A stretch of DNA of 62,794 nt, filler included, from Choristocarpus tenellus KU-1152 (lineage: Eukaryota; Protista; Phaeophyceae), in the NCBI GenBank assembly GCA_964200185.2. It is 9 parts of 9 records of this genome, joined end to end, with 100 filler letters (N's around TTAATTAATTAA, not from the genome) between each part and the next. Parts side by side here need not be neighbours in the genome. Positions count along the whole stretch, not along the records: positions 58,642 to 62,794 come from CAXNAD020015949.1; 8 more parts are not named here. One strand, given 5' to 3'. Shown piece after piece: positions 61,850-62,794 of the stretch (position 1 is the first letter of the stretch; every line of letters begins with the position of its first letter). The position numbers and the translations under genes were made by a program. Below the pieces are notes generated by a model that ran no database searches, was not told the DNA's origin, and saw only the letters and a program-made list of their open reading frames with translations.

Positions 61850-62794
61850 TGTTCCATAATCGCCTGACCATTCTGATCAACTAAGCACCGAAGTAAGTTG
61901 AGTGTTTTCGTTGTTCCGTGATCGCCTGATGACTATTCTGATCTACGAAGGTGTTGTCGAGTTTCCCTTTCTATGTTCATTGTCAGTCAGCCCATTGTCG
62001 ATCTTTTCGTTGCTCATCTTTTTTCTCCCTCGTGGTATTCCTGTCCACAGCAACATGTTTCTCGGTGCCGCAGGCTGCGTGTGTCCCGCGATCGCTCCCC
62101 ACCTAACCCTTGTCCCGTCATAATGTCCTCCTTCCCCGTCCAAACAAAAAACAAACGTGCTGCAGTACACCACAATATCTTTAACCAACGCCGGAATAAC
62201 CCATACATATGTGACAAAACCTTATCGCATGGCTAACCCACTTCACTGTCACATTGTTGGGCTATCACATGTACGCACATGATGTTCCAGGTATCCACGT
62301 CTCTTGTTCAAGAACGCGTAATAGACCCTTCCTGCCTGCCGGAAGCCTTGGGTCAGACCCTCATCCCAACGGCGACGCAGAGATGTTTTGCTGAGGCCGT
62401 CCATCCTCAGGGAAAGGCAATGGGACGCGATGAGGCGACCATTTTCGTTGCGAAGATGGTGGCGACGGACTTCGGCTACCCGACCGAGGTGAATGTGGTA
62501 TAGAATGCGCTAACTTACATATTTTGTGAAGATCGAATGGCAGAGTTTAGTTAGCGGCATGCAGAAAATACTTTTTTTTAAATTCCCGAGTCCTAACCTA
62601 CCTAATGCGGCACCCAAATACGTCGTGTACAAATATATGGGCCTTACAGGTAAGTATTGCATCGGTAGTGTGTTCGATTTTTTGCCACAATAAGGTTGCC
62701 GTTTTTGCACCACCTTCTTCGGACGATATTACCTCCAAATCACGAACATTCATGAATCACCGTACTCGTACTCTGCCCCCCCCTCCCTCAACAC

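Noticed and set aside
1-62794. tRNA, rRNA, CRISPR arrays or prokaryotic operons
   Set aside because: None recognised by eye; the sequence is eukaryotic with spliceosomal introns.

Overview
Intron-rich, repeat-rich eukaryotic genomic DNA. A stramenopile or brown-algal origin is only an inference, based on gene content, GT/GC-AG introns and a TTAGGG-like tract. The window is a concatenation of nine contigs joined by an artificial N44-TTAATTAATTAA-N44 linker, so adjacency across linkers is meaningless. The first ~36 kb is mostly transposon debris: two abundant MITE families plus the end of a longer element, all sharing a G(A/G)-x3-AAAGTA terminal motif; mariner-type DDD transposase relics (one with intact Stowaway-like TIRs and an internal inversion); a CRE-type RLE retrotransposon fragment; an RNase H-like fragment; a ~480 bp foldback palindrome; and several tandem duplications. 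The region 37-58 kb holds spliced genes reconstructed by hand with phase-consistent exons: an FN3-like protein, a complete 5-exon hemerythrin (HHE) protein head-to-head with a BC-box/LRR protein, a type II membrane sulfotransferase, an RD-rich protein, and a P-loop NTPase carrying an (EEAIAK)n repeat. The last contig is a decayed Ty3/Gypsy pol region. The most intriguing hypothesis is that the divergent hemerythrin and LRR adaptor genes form a 'split FBXL5-like' iron/oxygen-sensing module. No database searches were run, so all family calls rest on motif recognition.
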